Assembly (NCBI GenBank): GCA_963695555.1
Contig: CAVOGR010000001.1
Coordinates: 992,001 to 1,056,000, forward strand
Reading direction: 5' to 3'
Length of the DNA stretch: 64,000 nucleotides
Origin: an uncultured Gemmatimonadales bacterium
Lineage (GTDB): Bacteria; Gemmatimonadota; Gemmatimonadetes; Gemmatimonadales; GWC2-71-9
Shown here: positions 30,660 through 41,642 of the stretch, piece after piece
How the letters are laid out: each line of letters opens with the position of its first letter
How positions within the stretch are numbered: the first letter of the stretch is position 1
Notes under the pieces: generated by a model
Told to the model about the DNA's origin: nothing
The model's input: only the letters and a program-made list of their open reading frames with translations
Databases searched by the model: none
Made by a program: the position numbers and the translations under genes

Positions 30660-32636
30660 ATGGCGTTACCCGCACCATCCCCCGACCTCGTATGGCATCG
30701 GGTTCTGGACCACGATGAGCTCGCCGAGGGCAGGGTCAAACCCGTGACCTGCGCGCGGCAAACCGTGTGCATGACGCGCCATGAGGGGCAGTACGCCGCG
30801 CTGGACAATCGATGTCCGCATCAAGGCGGTCCACTCGGCGAAGGATCGATCGAAAATGGCTGGCTCAGATGTCCGTGGCACGGGTGGGATTACGATCCGC
30901 TGACGGGCAAGCCACCGGGCGGATACTCCGACGGTGTCGCGACGTACCCGGTCGAGGTTCGAGAGGACGGCATCTACGTCGGGTTCTACGAGGAGCGCCC
31001 CCACGCGCGAACGGTCTCCGATGTCATGGCCGAAACGATGGTTGCGTGGGGCATCACGACCGTCTGGGGAATGGTGGGGCATTCCAATTTGGGCCTGGCG
31101 GACGCATTGCGACGCCTCGAGCAGGCCGGACAGCTACGCTACATCGGAATTCGTCATGAAGGTGCGGCATCATTTGCGGCCTCGGCCTATGGGAAGCTCA
31201 CGGGAAAGCTCGCAGCCTGCCTGTCGATCGCAGGCCCCGGGGCCACCAACCTGCTCACCGGGCTCTGGGATGCGAACGTCGATCGCGCTCCCGTGCTGGC
31301 ACTGACGGGGCAAGTCGACACGCAAGTCCTCGGGCCCGGGGCATTCCAGGAAGTCGACCTGGCGGCAGCGTTCGGGAAGGTGGCGCAGTGGAGCCAGCCT
31401 GCGCTGCCATACCAGCAAGCACGCTGAGCTGGTGAACCTGGCCTGCAAGAGCGCGCTGCTCAATCGCGGCGTGTCGCACCTCATCTTTCCCGACGAAGTG
31501 CAGAACGCCGCGGCGCCGGCCGCCGCCGGCTCGCCTCGGGGTCGCCTGACCGCTCGCACGATCGCGCCGCCCGCGGAGGCGACCGATCAGGCGGTCACCC
31601 TGCTCGGAATCGTCCAAGCGACCGGTGATCATCGTGGGCCACGGGGCACGCTTCCACATGCCCGAGGTCATCGCACTGGCCGAGCAGATCCACGCACCGG
31701 TGATTACGACCTTCAAAGCGAAGGGACTCATTCCCGATCGCCACCCGCTGGCCTGCGGTGTGCTCGGCCGGAGCGGCACGCCGATCGCGAGTTGGTTCAT
31801 GAATGAGAGTGACTGCCTGCTCGTGTTCGGCGCGAGCTTCAGCAACCACACCGGGATCACGCCCAAGAAGCCGACCATCCAAGTGGATTTCGATCCCATG
31901 GCGCTGGGCAAGTTCCACGCAGTGGACGTTCCCGTGTGGGGCGAAATCGGCATTACGGCCGCGATACTCCAGAATCGTCTGACGCGCGGCGCCGATCGGG
32001 TCGATCAACGGCCCGAAGTTGCAGCGCGATGGGCGCTCTGGCGTGCGGAGAAGGCCAAACGCGAAGCGGGAGCATCGCGGGAAGGGGATTGGATCCGCCG
32101 CGGTTTTTGCCGCCCTGAACCGCAAGATCCCGGAGGATGCCATCATCGCCGTGGATGTCGGGAACAACACCTATTCCTTCGGGCGGTACTTCGAGTGCAC
32201 CCGTCAGGCAGTTCTCATGTCCGGCTACCTCGGCTCGATCGGATTTGCCTTTCCGGCCGCGATGGGCGCCTGGGCCGCAACCCAGGACGACGATCCGCGG
32301 TTCCACGGGCGGCCGGTCGTCGCCATTTCCGGTGACGGGGGCTTTGGGCAATACATGGCCGAGCTGACGACGGCCGTGAAATACGGCATGAACATCAAGC
32401 ACGTCTTGATCAACAACCACGAGCTCGGGAAGATCAGCAAGGAGCAACGGGCTGGACGATGGGACGTCTGGCAGACCACGCTCCACAATCCGAACTTCTC
32501 GGAATACGCGCGATTGTGTGGGGCAATGGGAGTGCGGGTTACCCATGTGGAGGAGCTCGACGATGCCCTGGCAGGCGCGATCGAGCATGACGGACCGAGC
32601 CTGGTCGAGATCATCGCCGATCCGGAGCTGATCTAA
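30660..32636 (+). CDS. Rieske [2Fe-2S]-fused ThDP-dependent pyruvate oxidase-like enzyme, three apparent frameshifts
   Basis: CPHQG...CPWHG Rieske; IRHEG, GPGATN, GYLGSIGF, GDGG...NN; frames change near 31410, 31610 and 32070. Confidence 0.85.
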
Positions 32637-33506
32637 GTGAGCGCCCTGGCTTGGGAGCAAGTTGGCCGTCCTCGGCCCCGGTCGTTGACCGAGGCCAGGC
32701 TCCAGCTGCACTGGGCGGCACAGGTGCCGGCCGCGGTCGGCCACACCTTTGGAACCCCACAGCCGGATGACAGTCAGAGTTCGTTCCAGTGGGACGCCGT
32801 CGGCCGGGTGTTGGCGGGTCAACCGGTTGGCGCGCCAGGCCCGGTGCGCGCCGCCCTTCGCCCGGCGGATCTCACCCTGCTGCTCATGAGCGACGCTGGG
32901 GAAACGCTCGCCGAATATGCGTTGGACGGGAGGACCCTCGACCACGCCTACGCCTGGATGGAGCATGCTGTGGCAAGCTTCGCAGGTGAGCCGGCCGCGC
33001 GCTCGCTCGAGCGGCGAGACTACGACATGCCCACCCATGCCGTGTCCTCGGGTGAGCCGTTTCGGGCGAACCCTGTCCCGGCCCTCATGGAGCTCGTTCG
33101 GTGGTACGGTAATGCGCACGGAATGCTTATGCGGCTTCAGGCCGACGAACCAACCGTGTCCCCGGTGCGTTGCTGGCCCCACCACTTCGATATCGGGATG
33201 CTGATCCAGCTCGATCCGGGCTCGGATCCCGAGCATGCCCGCTCCATCGGCATCGGTCTGAGTCCGGGCGATGGAAGCTATGACGAGCCCTACTGGTACG
33301 TGAATCCATGGCCCCGACCCACCAACGATGCCGATCGGCCGACGCTGCCTCACGGGCATTGGCACACCGAAGGTTGGCTGGGAGCCGTGTTGCCCGGTAC
33401 CGATCTGGTCTCCCAGACGGCGGAAGGGCAGGCCACCGCGGTGCACGACTTCCTTCGCGCCGCTGTCCGTGCGGCCCGGACCATCCTGGGCGCGGACGCA
33501 CCATGA
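32637..33506 (+). CDS. Hypothetical protein (DUF5996-like)
   Basis: R-x-QLH, WPHHFD, GLSPGD-x-x-x-x-EPYWYV-x-PWP; starts directly after upstream stop. Confidence 0.7.
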   Translation: MSALAWEQVGRPRPRSLTEARLQLHWAAQVPAAVGHTFGTPQPDDSQSSFQWDAVGRVLAGQPVGAPGPVRAALRPADLTLLLMSDAGETLAEYALDGRTLDHAYAWMEHAVASFAGEPAARSLERRDYDMPTHAVSSGEPFRANPVPALMELVRWYGNAHGMLMRLQADEPTVSPVRCWPHHFDIGMLIQLDPGSDPEHARSIGIGLSPGDGSYDEPYWYVNPWPRPTNDADRPTLPHGHWHTEGWLGAVLPGTDLVSQTAEGQATAVHDFLRAAVRAARTILGADAP

Positions 33507-33612
33507 GCCTCTCTCCGGCCCGGTCTACGATCGGGCCATTGGGATAGCTCCGCGCCGGCGCCGTTCGGAGCCACCTGCCACACCCGGTGATGGAAGGAGT
33601 GGTTGACCATCG

Positions 33613-35223
33613 ATGAAGATGTTTTCCCTCATGCCGTTCGATGCCCTCGGCCATCGGCAGCCGACCCACGCGCTGGTGGCCAACGTGGATCTCGTGGTGA
33701 TACGCGACGGCTCGGATGTCTCCGTCCTGTACGGGCGTTGTCTGCACCGCGGAGCGCTCTTGTCCGATGGCCGGATCGAGGGCAAGAACCTGATTTGCGG
33801 TCTGCACAATTGGGACTATCGGTTCGACAGCGGGGTGAGCGAATACAATACCGCCGAGCGTCTTCAGAAATTCACAGCGTGGATCGATGACGGAATGGTA
33901 GTGGTGGACGAGGAAGAGATCGCGGCGTGGGCGCGGGCCAATCCACAGCCGTACGTCCGAGACGACTACCAAGGCCAATACCAGGACCCTCACGGAACAG
34001 AGGATGAGCCGTTCGTTGGCTACATCAGGCAGTTGGCCGACAAGGGATTGCCCGAGGGCTCGCACGGCCCGGCGGCGGCGATGGGAGTTCCCCGGTCCGA
34101 GCTACCGTCGTGGGACGACCTTCAATTCCTGACCGCACAGCTCTGGAAGCTTCCGAAGCTGGACGGCGAGCGGGTGGGGACCGAGCTGATCATCGGGCCG
34201 CGAGCTAAGAAGCCGCTCACACTCGATCTGCCGATCTTCGTCTCGGACATGAGCTTCGGTGCGCTGTCGGCAGAGGCCAAGACGGCGCTGGCGCGTGGGG
34301 CCGAGTTGGCGGGCACCGGCATTTGCTCGGGCGAAGGCGGCATGCTCCCGGAGGAGCAAGCGGAAAACAGCCGGTACTTTTACGAGTTGGCCTCGGGTCG
34401 GTTCGGGTTCTCTTTTGAGAAGCTCGCCCGGGTCCAGGCGTTTCATTTCAAGGGTGGTCAGGGGGCCAAGACCGGCACCGGCGGCCATCTTCCCGGGGAG
34501 AAGGTCACCCCTGAGATCGCCAGGGTCCGAGGCCTCACACCGGGCCAGCCGGCCGTTTCTCCCGCGCGGTTTCCTGATTGGGATTCGATCGCCCACTACC
34601 GTGATTTTGCCGGAGAAGTCCGCGAGCGCACGGGCGGGATCCCCATCGGATTCAAACTCTCCGCCCAGCACGTCGAGCGTGACATCGATGCCGCGCTCGA
34701 GGTGGGGGTCGACTACATCATTCTCGATGGCCGCGGCGGCGGGACCGGCGCCGCTCCGCTGATCTTCCGCGATCACATCTCGGTTCCCACGCTGCCCGCC
34801 CTGGCGCGTGCCCGAAACCATCTCGATCGATGCGGTCACCCGGATGTCACCCTGATCGCAACCGGCGGGCTCCGGACGCCGGCCGATTTCGCCAAAGCCC
34901 TGGCCCTGGGAGCGAATGGGGTGGCGATTGCCAACGCCGCGATCCAGGCTATCGGCTGCCTTGGCATGCGGGCGTGCCACACCAACAACTGTCCGGTGGG
35001 TATCGCGACCCAGAAGGAGCACCTACGGGCCCGCCTGGCGGTCGATGAGGCGGCTGGGCGGTTGGATCGATTCCTCAAGGCGTCGGTGCACCTGATGCAG
35101 ACGCTCGCCCGCGCCTGCGGCCACGCCCACCTCAGTGAGTTTACCCGCGACGACCTCACGACCTGGAAACGAGAGGTCGCCTATCTGACGGGCGTCTCCT
35201 ATGGCGGCGCCGTGCCGCTCTAG
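33613..35223 (+). CDS. Rieske-fused FMN-binding glutamate synthase-family protein
   Basis: CLHRG...CGLHNW Rieske; MSFGALS, SGEGG, QGAKTG-x-GGHLPG-x-KV, DGRGGGTGAAP, CLGMRACHTNNCP. Confidence 0.9.
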   Translation: MKMFSLMPFDALGHRQPTHALVANVDLVVIRDGSDVSVLYGRCLHRGALLSDGRIEGKNLICGLHNWDYRFDSGVSEYNTAERLQKFTAWIDDGMVVVDEEEIAAWARANPQPYVRDDYQGQYQDPHGTEDEPFVGYIRQLADKGLPEGSHGPAAAMGVPRSELPSWDDLQFLTAQLWKLPKLDGERVGTELIIGPRAKKPLTLDLPIFVSDMSFGALSAEAKTALARGAELAGTGICSGEGGMLPEEQAENSRYFYELASGRFGFSFEKLARVQAFHFKGGQGAKTGTGGHLPGEKVTPEIARVRGLTPGQPAVSPARFPDWDSIAHYRDFAGEVRERTGGIPIGFKLSAQHVERDIDAALEVGVDYIILDGRGGGTGAAPLIFRDHISVPTLPALARARNHLDRCGHPDVTLIATGGLRTPADFAKALALGANGVAIANAAIQAIGCLGMRACHTNNCPVGIATQKEHLRARLAVDEAAGRLDRFLKASVHLMQTLARACGHAHLSEFTRDDLTTWKREVAYLTGVSYGGAVPL

Positions 35224-35322
35224 CCAGGTCGGGCCCCGCTGAGTCGGAACCCTTGTCTTTGGGCACCTGGGGCGGCGAGGTTCCATCGCATGCGAACGTC
35301 CATTCTCCAGTGGAGGACCGGC

Positions 35323-36078
35323 ATGAACCGAGCGATCCGCGGCGCCGTGGTCGCGGCGTGGGCGCTGTCGTTCGGCCCCGCCGCGCATCCGGCGGCGGCG
35401 CAATCCCCGGCCGCCCTGCACGGTCTGCACGTGAAGTACGTCCGCGACAGCGAGGAGTACGCGACGCTCACGCGACAGATCTATCGCACCGCCCTCGCCG
35501 CCGTGCTCGAAGCCAATCGAAGCAGTTCCGATCAGACGCCTTGGGTCGTCGTGCTGGATGTCGACGAGACGGCGCTGGATAATTCCGCCTACGAACTCGA
35601 GCGCGAGACCTATTGGGTCCCGTTCGATGACGAGACCTGGAACGCGTATGTCGCTCGGCGGGCATCGGGTGCGGTGCCCGGCGCGCGCGAGTTCGTTCGG
35701 AGCGTTCGAGCCGCGGGAGGACGCATCGCCTGGATCACCAACCGCGATGAGACCGTGCGCGAGGACACGCGCGAGAACCTCCGGCGGGTCGGCTTGTGGG
35801 AGGATTCCGATCGGCTCTGTCCGCGGTCGAGTCGCGAGGACACCAAGGCGGTTCGTCGCCGTGAAGTTGTGACCGGCACGGGCCGCTGCAGTTGGGACGG
35901 CCGGCCGGTTCGCATCCTCGCCTTCATCGGTGACGCGCTCGGCGACTTCCCCGCGGCCGGAGAGGACATGGCCGAGGCCGGCAATGACGCGGCATTCGGG
36001 AGCCGATTTTTTCTCATGCCAAATCCCATGTATGGAACCTGGACCCGCCGGGTCACCCGCCGGTGGGACTGGCAGTAA
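35323..36078 (+). CDS. Class C acid phosphatase / 5'-nucleotidase e(P4)-like HAD hydrolase
   Basis: DVDETALDNS, ITNR, IGD-x-x-x-DF, PNPMYG-x-W; signal peptide without lipobox. Confidence 0.88.
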   Translation: MNRAIRGAVVAAWALSFGPAAHPAAAQSPAALHGLHVKYVRDSEEYATLTRQIYRTALAAVLEANRSSSDQTPWVVVLDVDETALDNSAYELERETYWVPFDDETWNAYVARRASGAVPGAREFVRSVRAAGGRIAWITNRDETVREDTRENLRRVGLWEDSDRLCPRSSREDTKAVRRREVVTGTGRCSWDGRPVRILAFIGDALGDFPAAGEDMAEAGNDAAFGSRFFLMPNPMYGTWTRRVTRRWDWQ

Positions 36079-36088
36079 TCGCGACACC

Positions 36089-36493
36089 GTGTCCGCTCCC
36101 TTCTTCTACAAGATGACGGACGCGATCCGGATATCGGTGCGTCCGGCGTATCTGGCCGATCGATCCAACCCGGATCAAGGACAGTTTGTGTTCGCGTATT
36201 TCGTCCGAATCGAGAATACCGGGGCCGCCGCCGCCAAACTGCTCTGGCGGCGGTGGGTGATTCGCGACTCGGTGGGAGAAGATCTCGAGGTGCAGGGCGA
36301 AGGCGTGGTCGGGCAGCAGCCAGACATCCAGCCCGGCGGTGTCCACGAATATCAGAGTTTCGTGGTCCTGAAGTCTCCCGAGGGAGCCATGGAGGGCTCC
36401 TATGACTTCGTTCGCCCCGACGGGTCGCGATTTCAGGCCGAGATCCCCAAGTTCGTCCTCGACGCTCGAACCCCGCCAGGACAGCTGCACTGA
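36089..36493 (+). CDS. apaG: ApaG protein
   Basis: FAY-x-VRIEN, GEGVVG-x-QP, G-x-MEGSY. Confidence 0.92.
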   Translation: MSAPFFYKMTDAIRISVRPAYLADRSNPDQGQFVFAYFVRIENTGAAAAKLLWRRWVIRDSVGEDLEVQGEGVVGQQPDIQPGGVHEYQSFVVLKSPEGAMEGSYDFVRPDGSRFQAEIPKFVLDARTPPGQLH

Positions 36494-36530
36494 GGCGATC
36501 GCCCGCGCCATTTGGTTATCTTCCAGCACA

Positions 36531-37853
36531 ATGAGATTGGTTGATGCATTCCGGGATGCGCTCGCCTCACTGGAGCTCGAGCCTGGGCCGGCGCTCGTTG
36601 CCGTTTCCGGCGGCCGGGACTCCGTCGTCCTCCTGGATCTCCTGATGGCCACGCGGGAAAGTCACGACCTCGGCCTGACCGTCGCGCATGTCGATCACGG
36701 CATCCACCCGGACAGTTCCAGCGTCGCCGACGGTGTCGAGCGATTGGCCGGAGAGTATGGCGTCCCGTTCGCGCGGGCGCGGCTCACGCTCGGTCAAAGC
36801 GCCACGGAGACCCTGGCCCGGACGCGACGGTACCAGTGGCTCGAGCAGCAACGCGTGGCCCTCGGAGCGGACATCGTCGTCCTGGCGCATCATGCGGACG
36901 ATCAGGCGGAGACCGTGCTGATGCGGGCGTTGTGCGGATCAGGCCCCGCGGGACTTGCCGCGATGACGCTCAGGCAAGGCCCGTTCGTGAGGCCGTTGCT
37001 CGGATTTGACGGCGAGGAACTGGAGCGCTACGCCGTGGATCGGGGATTGTCCTGGTGGAACGATCCAGCCAACGGCGATACGCGCCACCTCAGGTCCTGG
37101 GTCCGTGCGTCGCTCATGCCCGTGCTCCGGGCGCGCATGCCCGATATCGACTCGCGTCTGCTCGAGCTCGGAGCACAGGCGGCGGCGGATCGCGCCGCAT
37201 GGGACTCGTTGCTGGATGCATTGCCGGAATTGGACATCCGGACCGAGCCCGATGGCTGCTCCGTTGCTGGCCCAATCCTGGCGCGGTATGATAGGGGCTT
37301 GGCTCTGACCTTGCTCCAAGCCGCCGCCCGACGCGTTGGGTGCGTCCTGGGGCGGACACGGGCGGCACGGGTCCTGGAGCTGGTCTGCCGCGGGACGTCG
37401 GGGAAGCTGATCGAGCTAGGCGGTGCGTGGCGGGCGGAACTCGCCTTCGACCGGTTACGGGTCGTCGCTGTCAGCAGGGTCCCGGGGCCGCGGGCCGTCC
37501 TCCCGCTGCCCAGGCAGGGCGATCTTCGATGGGGTGACTGGACGCTCCGGTGCCGCCCGGACACCGCGCCGGTCGAACAGCGGCGTGCCGCCCGGTCCGC
37601 CTGGTTCCGGCCGACGGAGCTCATGGTGGGCCCCGCTCGATCGGGCGAGCGCGTTCGTCCGCTGGGGGGAGTGGGCCGTCGGCAGGTGGTGCGGTGCTTT
37701 CAGGAGGCCCGCGTGCCGCGGAGCCGCCGTTGGGACTGGCCGGTCGTGTCGGCTGCGGGTGAGGTAGTCTGGATTCCTGAGGTGTGTCGCTCCGGCGCTC
37801 TCATGCCGGCAGCGGGAACGGAGGCTGTGCGTGTCGACGCCGACCACGACTGA
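36531..37853 (+). CDS. tilS: tRNA(Ile)-lysidine synthetase
   Basis: AVSGGRDS, HVDHG, AHHADDQAET, RPLL; tilS-hpt-ftsH context. Confidence 0.93.
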   Translation: MRLVDAFRDALASLELEPGPALVAVSGGRDSVVLLDLLMATRESHDLGLTVAHVDHGIHPDSSSVADGVERLAGEYGVPFARARLTLGQSATETLARTRRYQWLEQQRVALGADIVVLAHHADDQAETVLMRALCGSGPAGLAAMTLRQGPFVRPLLGFDGEELERYAVDRGLSWWNDPANGDTRHLRSWVRASLMPVLRARMPDIDSRLLELGAQAAADRAAWDSLLDALPELDIRTEPDGCSVAGPILARYDRGLALTLLQAAARRVGCVLGRTRAARVLELVCRGTSGKLIELGGAWRAELAFDRLRVVAVSRVPGPRAVLPLPRQGDLRWGDWTLRCRPDTAPVEQRRAARSAWFRPTELMVGPARSGERVRPLGGVGRRQVVRCFQEARVPRSRRWDWPVVSAAGEVVWIPEVCRSGALMPAAGTEAVRVDADHD

Positions 37854-38391
37854 CGTGCTGCGCCGGACCGGTGGCAAAGCCATCAAGGCGATCGCCTACG
37901 ACGCGGGGGTGATCGCCCGTCGAGTGGAAGAATTGGGCACCGAGATCACGGCCGCCTACCCCGACGGCGATCTCCTGGTGCTCGGGCTGCTCAAGGGCAG
38001 TTTCATCTTCTTGAGCGATCTGGTGCGGCACATCCAGCGTCCGCTCCAGGTGGACTTCCTCGTGGCGAGCTCCTATGGCGCGGAGATGGTGTCGAGCGGG
38101 ATGGTGCGCCTCCTGTACGATCCCGAAACCGATCTCGCGGGGAAACACATCGTGCTGGTCGAGGATATTATTGACACGGGGAAGACGGTGCAGCGCCTGA
38201 TGAAGGTGCTGACGGAGCGCGAGCCCAAGAGCATCGCCATCTGCGCCCTGCTCGACAAGAAGCTGGCCCCGGACAGCCCGCCCGAGGTCCGATTCGTGGG
38301 CTTCACGGCGCCGCCGGCGTTTCTGGTTGGGTACGGATTGGATCACGCAGAGAACTATCGGCATTTGCCGTTCATTGCAGCACTGGAATAG
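37831..38391 (+). CDS. hpt: Hypoxanthine phosphoribosyltransferase
   Basis: [23 protein letters not shown]. Confidence 0.95.
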   Translation: MSTPTTTDVLRRTGGKAIKAIAYDAGVIARRVEELGTEITAAYPDGDLLVLGLLKGSFIFLSDLVRHIQRPLQVDFLVASSYGAEMVSSGMVRLLYDPETDLAGKHIVLVEDIIDTGKTVQRLMKVLTEREPKSIAICALLDKKLAPDSPPEVRFVGFTAPPAFLVGYGLDHAENYRHLPFIAALE

Positions 38392-38396
38392 ATCGC

Positions 38397-40391
38397 ATGG
38401 CAGATCGTAAGAGCCCGAAGACCCCGGGAGCTCCCGGTACCAATTGGACGAGCGTGTTCAAGAACCTGGCGTTGTGGCTCCTCGTCATTTTCGCGGGGCT
38501 GACCCTGTTCCAGGTGATGAACAACCAGCGAAATCCGACCCAGGAATTCTCGTACACCGAGTTCACGAAGCAGCTCGAATCCGGCAACGTGGCCAATGTG
38601 ACGGTGCTGGACGGGAAACGCCTGGAAGGAGACTTCCGGACCCCCGTCATGCAGAAGGAGCGCCAGGCGAAGCGGTACACGGTGCTGCTCCCCATCGCGG
38701 ATAGCGAGGAATTCCTCAAGCGGCTCGAGGACAGCGGGATTCCCATCAACGCGCGCGAGCCGCGGAGCGGCATCACGACACTGCTGATCACCGCCCTGCC
38801 GTGGGTGGTCATCTTCGGCCTCTGGGTGTTCCTGCTCCGGCAGTTGCAGGCCGGCGGCAGCCGGGCATTCTCCTTCGGAAAGTCGAAGGCCAAACTCCTC
38901 ACCGGCGACACGCCGAAAGTGACGTTCGCCGACGTGGCTGGTGCCGATGAGGCCAAAGTCGAGCTTGAGGAGATCATCGAATTCCTGAAGGACCCCCACA
39001 AGTTCACCCGCCTCGGCGGGCGTCTCCCCAAGGGCGCGTTGCTGGTGGGGCCGCCGGGCACGGGCAAGACCCTCCTCGCCAGGGCCGTCGCCGGCGAAGC
39101 CGGGCGCCCGTTCTTCTCGATGTCGGGGTCGGACTTCGTCGAGATGTTCGTCGGCGTCGGGGCAAGCCGAGTGCGCGATCTGTTCGACCAGGGCAAGACC
39201 CACGCGCCCTGTATCATCTTCATTGACGAAATCGATGCCGTGGGCCGCCATCGCGGCGCGGGGCTGGGCGGCGGTCATGATGAGCGCGAACAGACGCTGA
39301 ATCAACTTCTCGTCGAAATGGACGGGTTCGAATCGACCGAGGGCGTCATCCTCCTTGCGGCCACGAACCGGCCCGACGTGCTCGATCCGGCCTTGCTCCG
39401 GCCCGGACGATTCGACCGGCAAATCGTGGTCGATGCGCCCGACGTGCGGGGCCGGGAAGGGATCCTCCGCGTCCACACGCGAAAGATCCCGCTGGCCACC
39501 GATGTACGGCTCGAAGTGATCGCCAAGGGCACTCCGGGAATGGCCGGAGCGGATCTGGCCAACTTGGTGAACGAAGCCGCGGTCCTCGCGGCGCGGCGGA
39601 ACAAGTCCCAGGTAGAGATGGAAGATTTCGAGGACGCGAAGGACAAGGTGATGCTGGGCGTCGAGCGCCGAAGCCTGGTGCTGACCGAGGGCGAACGGGA
39701 GAACACGGCGTACCATGAAGGCGGACACGCGGTCGTGTCGCTGTTGATTCCCGGTGCCGATCCCGTGCACAAGCTCACCATCGTCCCGCGCGGCCGCGCC
39801 CTCGGGATGATGGCATCACTGCCCGAAGAAGACCGTCACGGCTACACCAAGCGGTGGCTCCAGGCCCGGCTCGCCATTACCTACGGCGGCCGTGTGGCCG
39901 AAGAGATCGTGTTCGGCCAGGACAAGATCACGACCGGCGCCGGCGACGACATCCAGCAGGCGACCGATCTGGCGCGCCGCATGGTGACCCAGTTCGGGAT
40001 GAGTGAACGAGTGGGTGTCATGGCCGTGGGCGACAAAGAGCAGGAGATCTTCTTGGGCCGCGAGTTCGCCCAGCGGCGCGAGGTTTCGGAGCGCACGGCG
40101 CAATTGGTCGACGACGAGGTCAAGTCGCTCCTGGATGAGGCGTATCGCCGTGCACATACGCTGATCAGCCAGAATCGCGCGCTGCTCGAGCGCGTGGCGA
40201 ATGCTCTACTCGAACGGGAAACGCTGGATCGAGAGGATCTCGAGCTGCTGCGTGAAGGCAAACCCCTGCCACCACTGCCGTCGCCGGCTGCGCCCCCGTC
40301 CCCGCCTCCGTCTAACCATGATGCCAAGGAGTCGGCGCCCAAGACGCCGCCGATTCTCGGCACACCACCCCCCGAGCCCGCCGGCGCGTGA
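38397..40391 (+). CDS. ftsH: ATP-dependent zinc metalloprotease FtsH
   Basis: Two TMs, [27 protein letters not shown]. Confidence 0.98.
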   Translation: MADRKSPKTPGAPGTNWTSVFKNLALWLLVIFAGLTLFQVMNNQRNPTQEFSYTEFTKQLESGNVANVTVLDGKRLEGDFRTPVMQKERQAKRYTVLLPIADSEEFLKRLEDSGIPINAREPRSGITTLLITALPWVVIFGLWVFLLRQLQAGGSRAFSFGKSKAKLLTGDTPKVTFADVAGADEAKVELEEIIEFLKDPHKFTRLGGRLPKGALLVGPPGTGKTLLARAVAGEAGRPFFSMSGSDFVEMFVGVGASRVRDLFDQGKTHAPCIIFIDEIDAVGRHRGAGLGGGHDEREQTLNQLLVEMDGFESTEGVILLAATNRPDVLDPALLRPGRFDRQIVVDAPDVRGREGILRVHTRKIPLATDVRLEVIAKGTPGMAGADLANLVNEAAVLAARRNKSQVEMEDFEDAKDKVMLGVERRSLVLTEGERENTAYHEGGHAVVSLLIPGADPVHKLTIVPRGRALGMMASLPEEDRHGYTKRWLQARLAITYGGRVAEEIVFGQDKITTGAGDDIQQATDLARRMVTQFGMSERVGVMAVGDKEQEIFLGREFAQRREVSERTAQLVDDEVKSLLDEAYRRAHTLISQNRALLERVANALLERETLDREDLELLREGKPLPPLPSPAAPPSPPPSNHDAKESAPKTPPILGTPPPEPAGA

Positions 40392-41587
40392 GGGCCACGC
40401 CACTCGGCGTCCACAATCCGCGAACGGTGCGTGACCTGCTCCTGACCCATGGGTGGGAGATGGGTCAAGCCGAAGCGGCGGCGTCCGGGATCACCGGCGC
40501 CGCCGTTCACCTCACCGGGCTGACCCCCGCCACGCTCGAGCACCTTGTTTCCAGGAGCGGTCCGGCATACGGGCTCGATGTGGTGACCGGCGGTGATTGG
40601 GCCATTGTGGCAGGCAGCGTGGCCCGCCTCAGCGCCTTCGCCCGGCCGTGGTCCGCCCCGCCGGAGCTGGCGGAGCTCGCCTCAGTGACCGGTCGTGCCC
40701 TGGGGAGCGCCCTACCCACGTTGTGGCAGACGGCACGGGGCCCGGTGGACCTCGAGCGGCCCGTCATCCTCGGTGTGCTCAATGTGACGCCGGACAGCTT
40801 CAGCGATGGCGGTCGCTACTCCACCGAGGCGGCGGCGCTCGAGCAGGCGGAGCGACTCCTGGAAAACGGGGCTGACATCATCGATGTCGGTGGGGAGTCC
40901 ACCAGGCCCGGCCGGCCCGATGCCGTACCCGTCGACGAAGAGCGCCGCCGCGTCGTCCCTATCGTCGAAGAGTTGACCCGACGCCACGCCGATCTCCTGA
41001 TCTCGGTCGACACCGTCAAGGCGGACGTCGCCAAAGCCGCGCTCGAGGCCGGGGCCGCCATCGTGAACGATGTCTCCGCCCTGCGGTTGGATGCGGGCAT
41101 GGCGAAGGTTGTGGCGGACACGAAGGCGGGGGTCGTCCTCATGCATTCGCGGGGCACCATCTCGGACATGGCCAGCCTCGATCATGCGGACTACGGGGAT
41201 ACGCTTCTCGGGGATATCGTCGCGGAACTCGGCTCGGCTCTCGACCGCGCGGCTCGATCCGGCATTGCGCTCGAGCGCGTGGTAGTCGATCCGGGCCTCG
41301 GGTTCGCCAAGGCCACGGCAGACAACCTCCGCGTCCTCGACCAGCTCATCGCCCTCACCGTGCTGGGCCGGCCCATTCTGGTCGGGCCGTCACGGAAGCG
41401 ATTTCTGGGTGCCGCGACCGGACGCGACGTCGACCAGCGCGATGTGGCCACGGCCGCGGCCTGTGCGCTCGCATACGAGCGCGGCGCACGGCTGTTCCGT
41501 GTCCACGAACCGGGCACCGTGCGCGACGCGCTCTTGCTGGCCCATGCCATGGCTGCCGGCGCACCGCAACGAGAACCGGCGGTGTGA
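40388..41587 (+). CDS. folP: Dihydropteroate synthase with N-terminal extension
   Basis: NVTPDSFSDGG, GGESTRPG, DPGLGFAK, SRKRF, RVHE; about 110 extra N-terminal residues. Confidence 0.93.
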   Translation: MRATPLGVHNPRTVRDLLLTHGWEMGQAEAAASGITGAAVHLTGLTPATLEHLVSRSGPAYGLDVVTGGDWAIVAGSVARLSAFARPWSAPPELAELASVTGRALGSALPTLWQTARGPVDLERPVILGVLNVTPDSFSDGGRYSTEAAALEQAERLLENGADIIDVGGESTRPGRPDAVPVDEERRRVVPIVEELTRRHADLLISVDTVKADVAKAALEAGAAIVNDVSALRLDAGMAKVVADTKAGVVLMHSRGTISDMASLDHADYGDTLLGDIVAELGSALDRAARSGIALERVVVDPGLGFAKATADNLRVLDQLIALTVLGRPILVGPSRKRFLGAATGRDVDQRDVATAAACALAYERGARLFRVHEPGTVRDALLLAHAMAAGAPQREPAV

Positions 41588-41642
41588 TCCCGCACGCTGG
41601 TCAACCGTCTATTCTTTGCCCCTGGACCGAGAACCGCACCTC

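Noticed and set aside
18933..32636. Programmed frameshifting or phase variation in ompA and the ThDP enzyme
   Set aside because: No slippery heptamers or long homopolymers at the shift sites; similar indels in ldh and ileS point to sequencing error
15062..36088. Prophage or active integrative element at tRNA-Met
   Set aside because: No integrase, transposase, phage or conjugation gene and no att repeat seen
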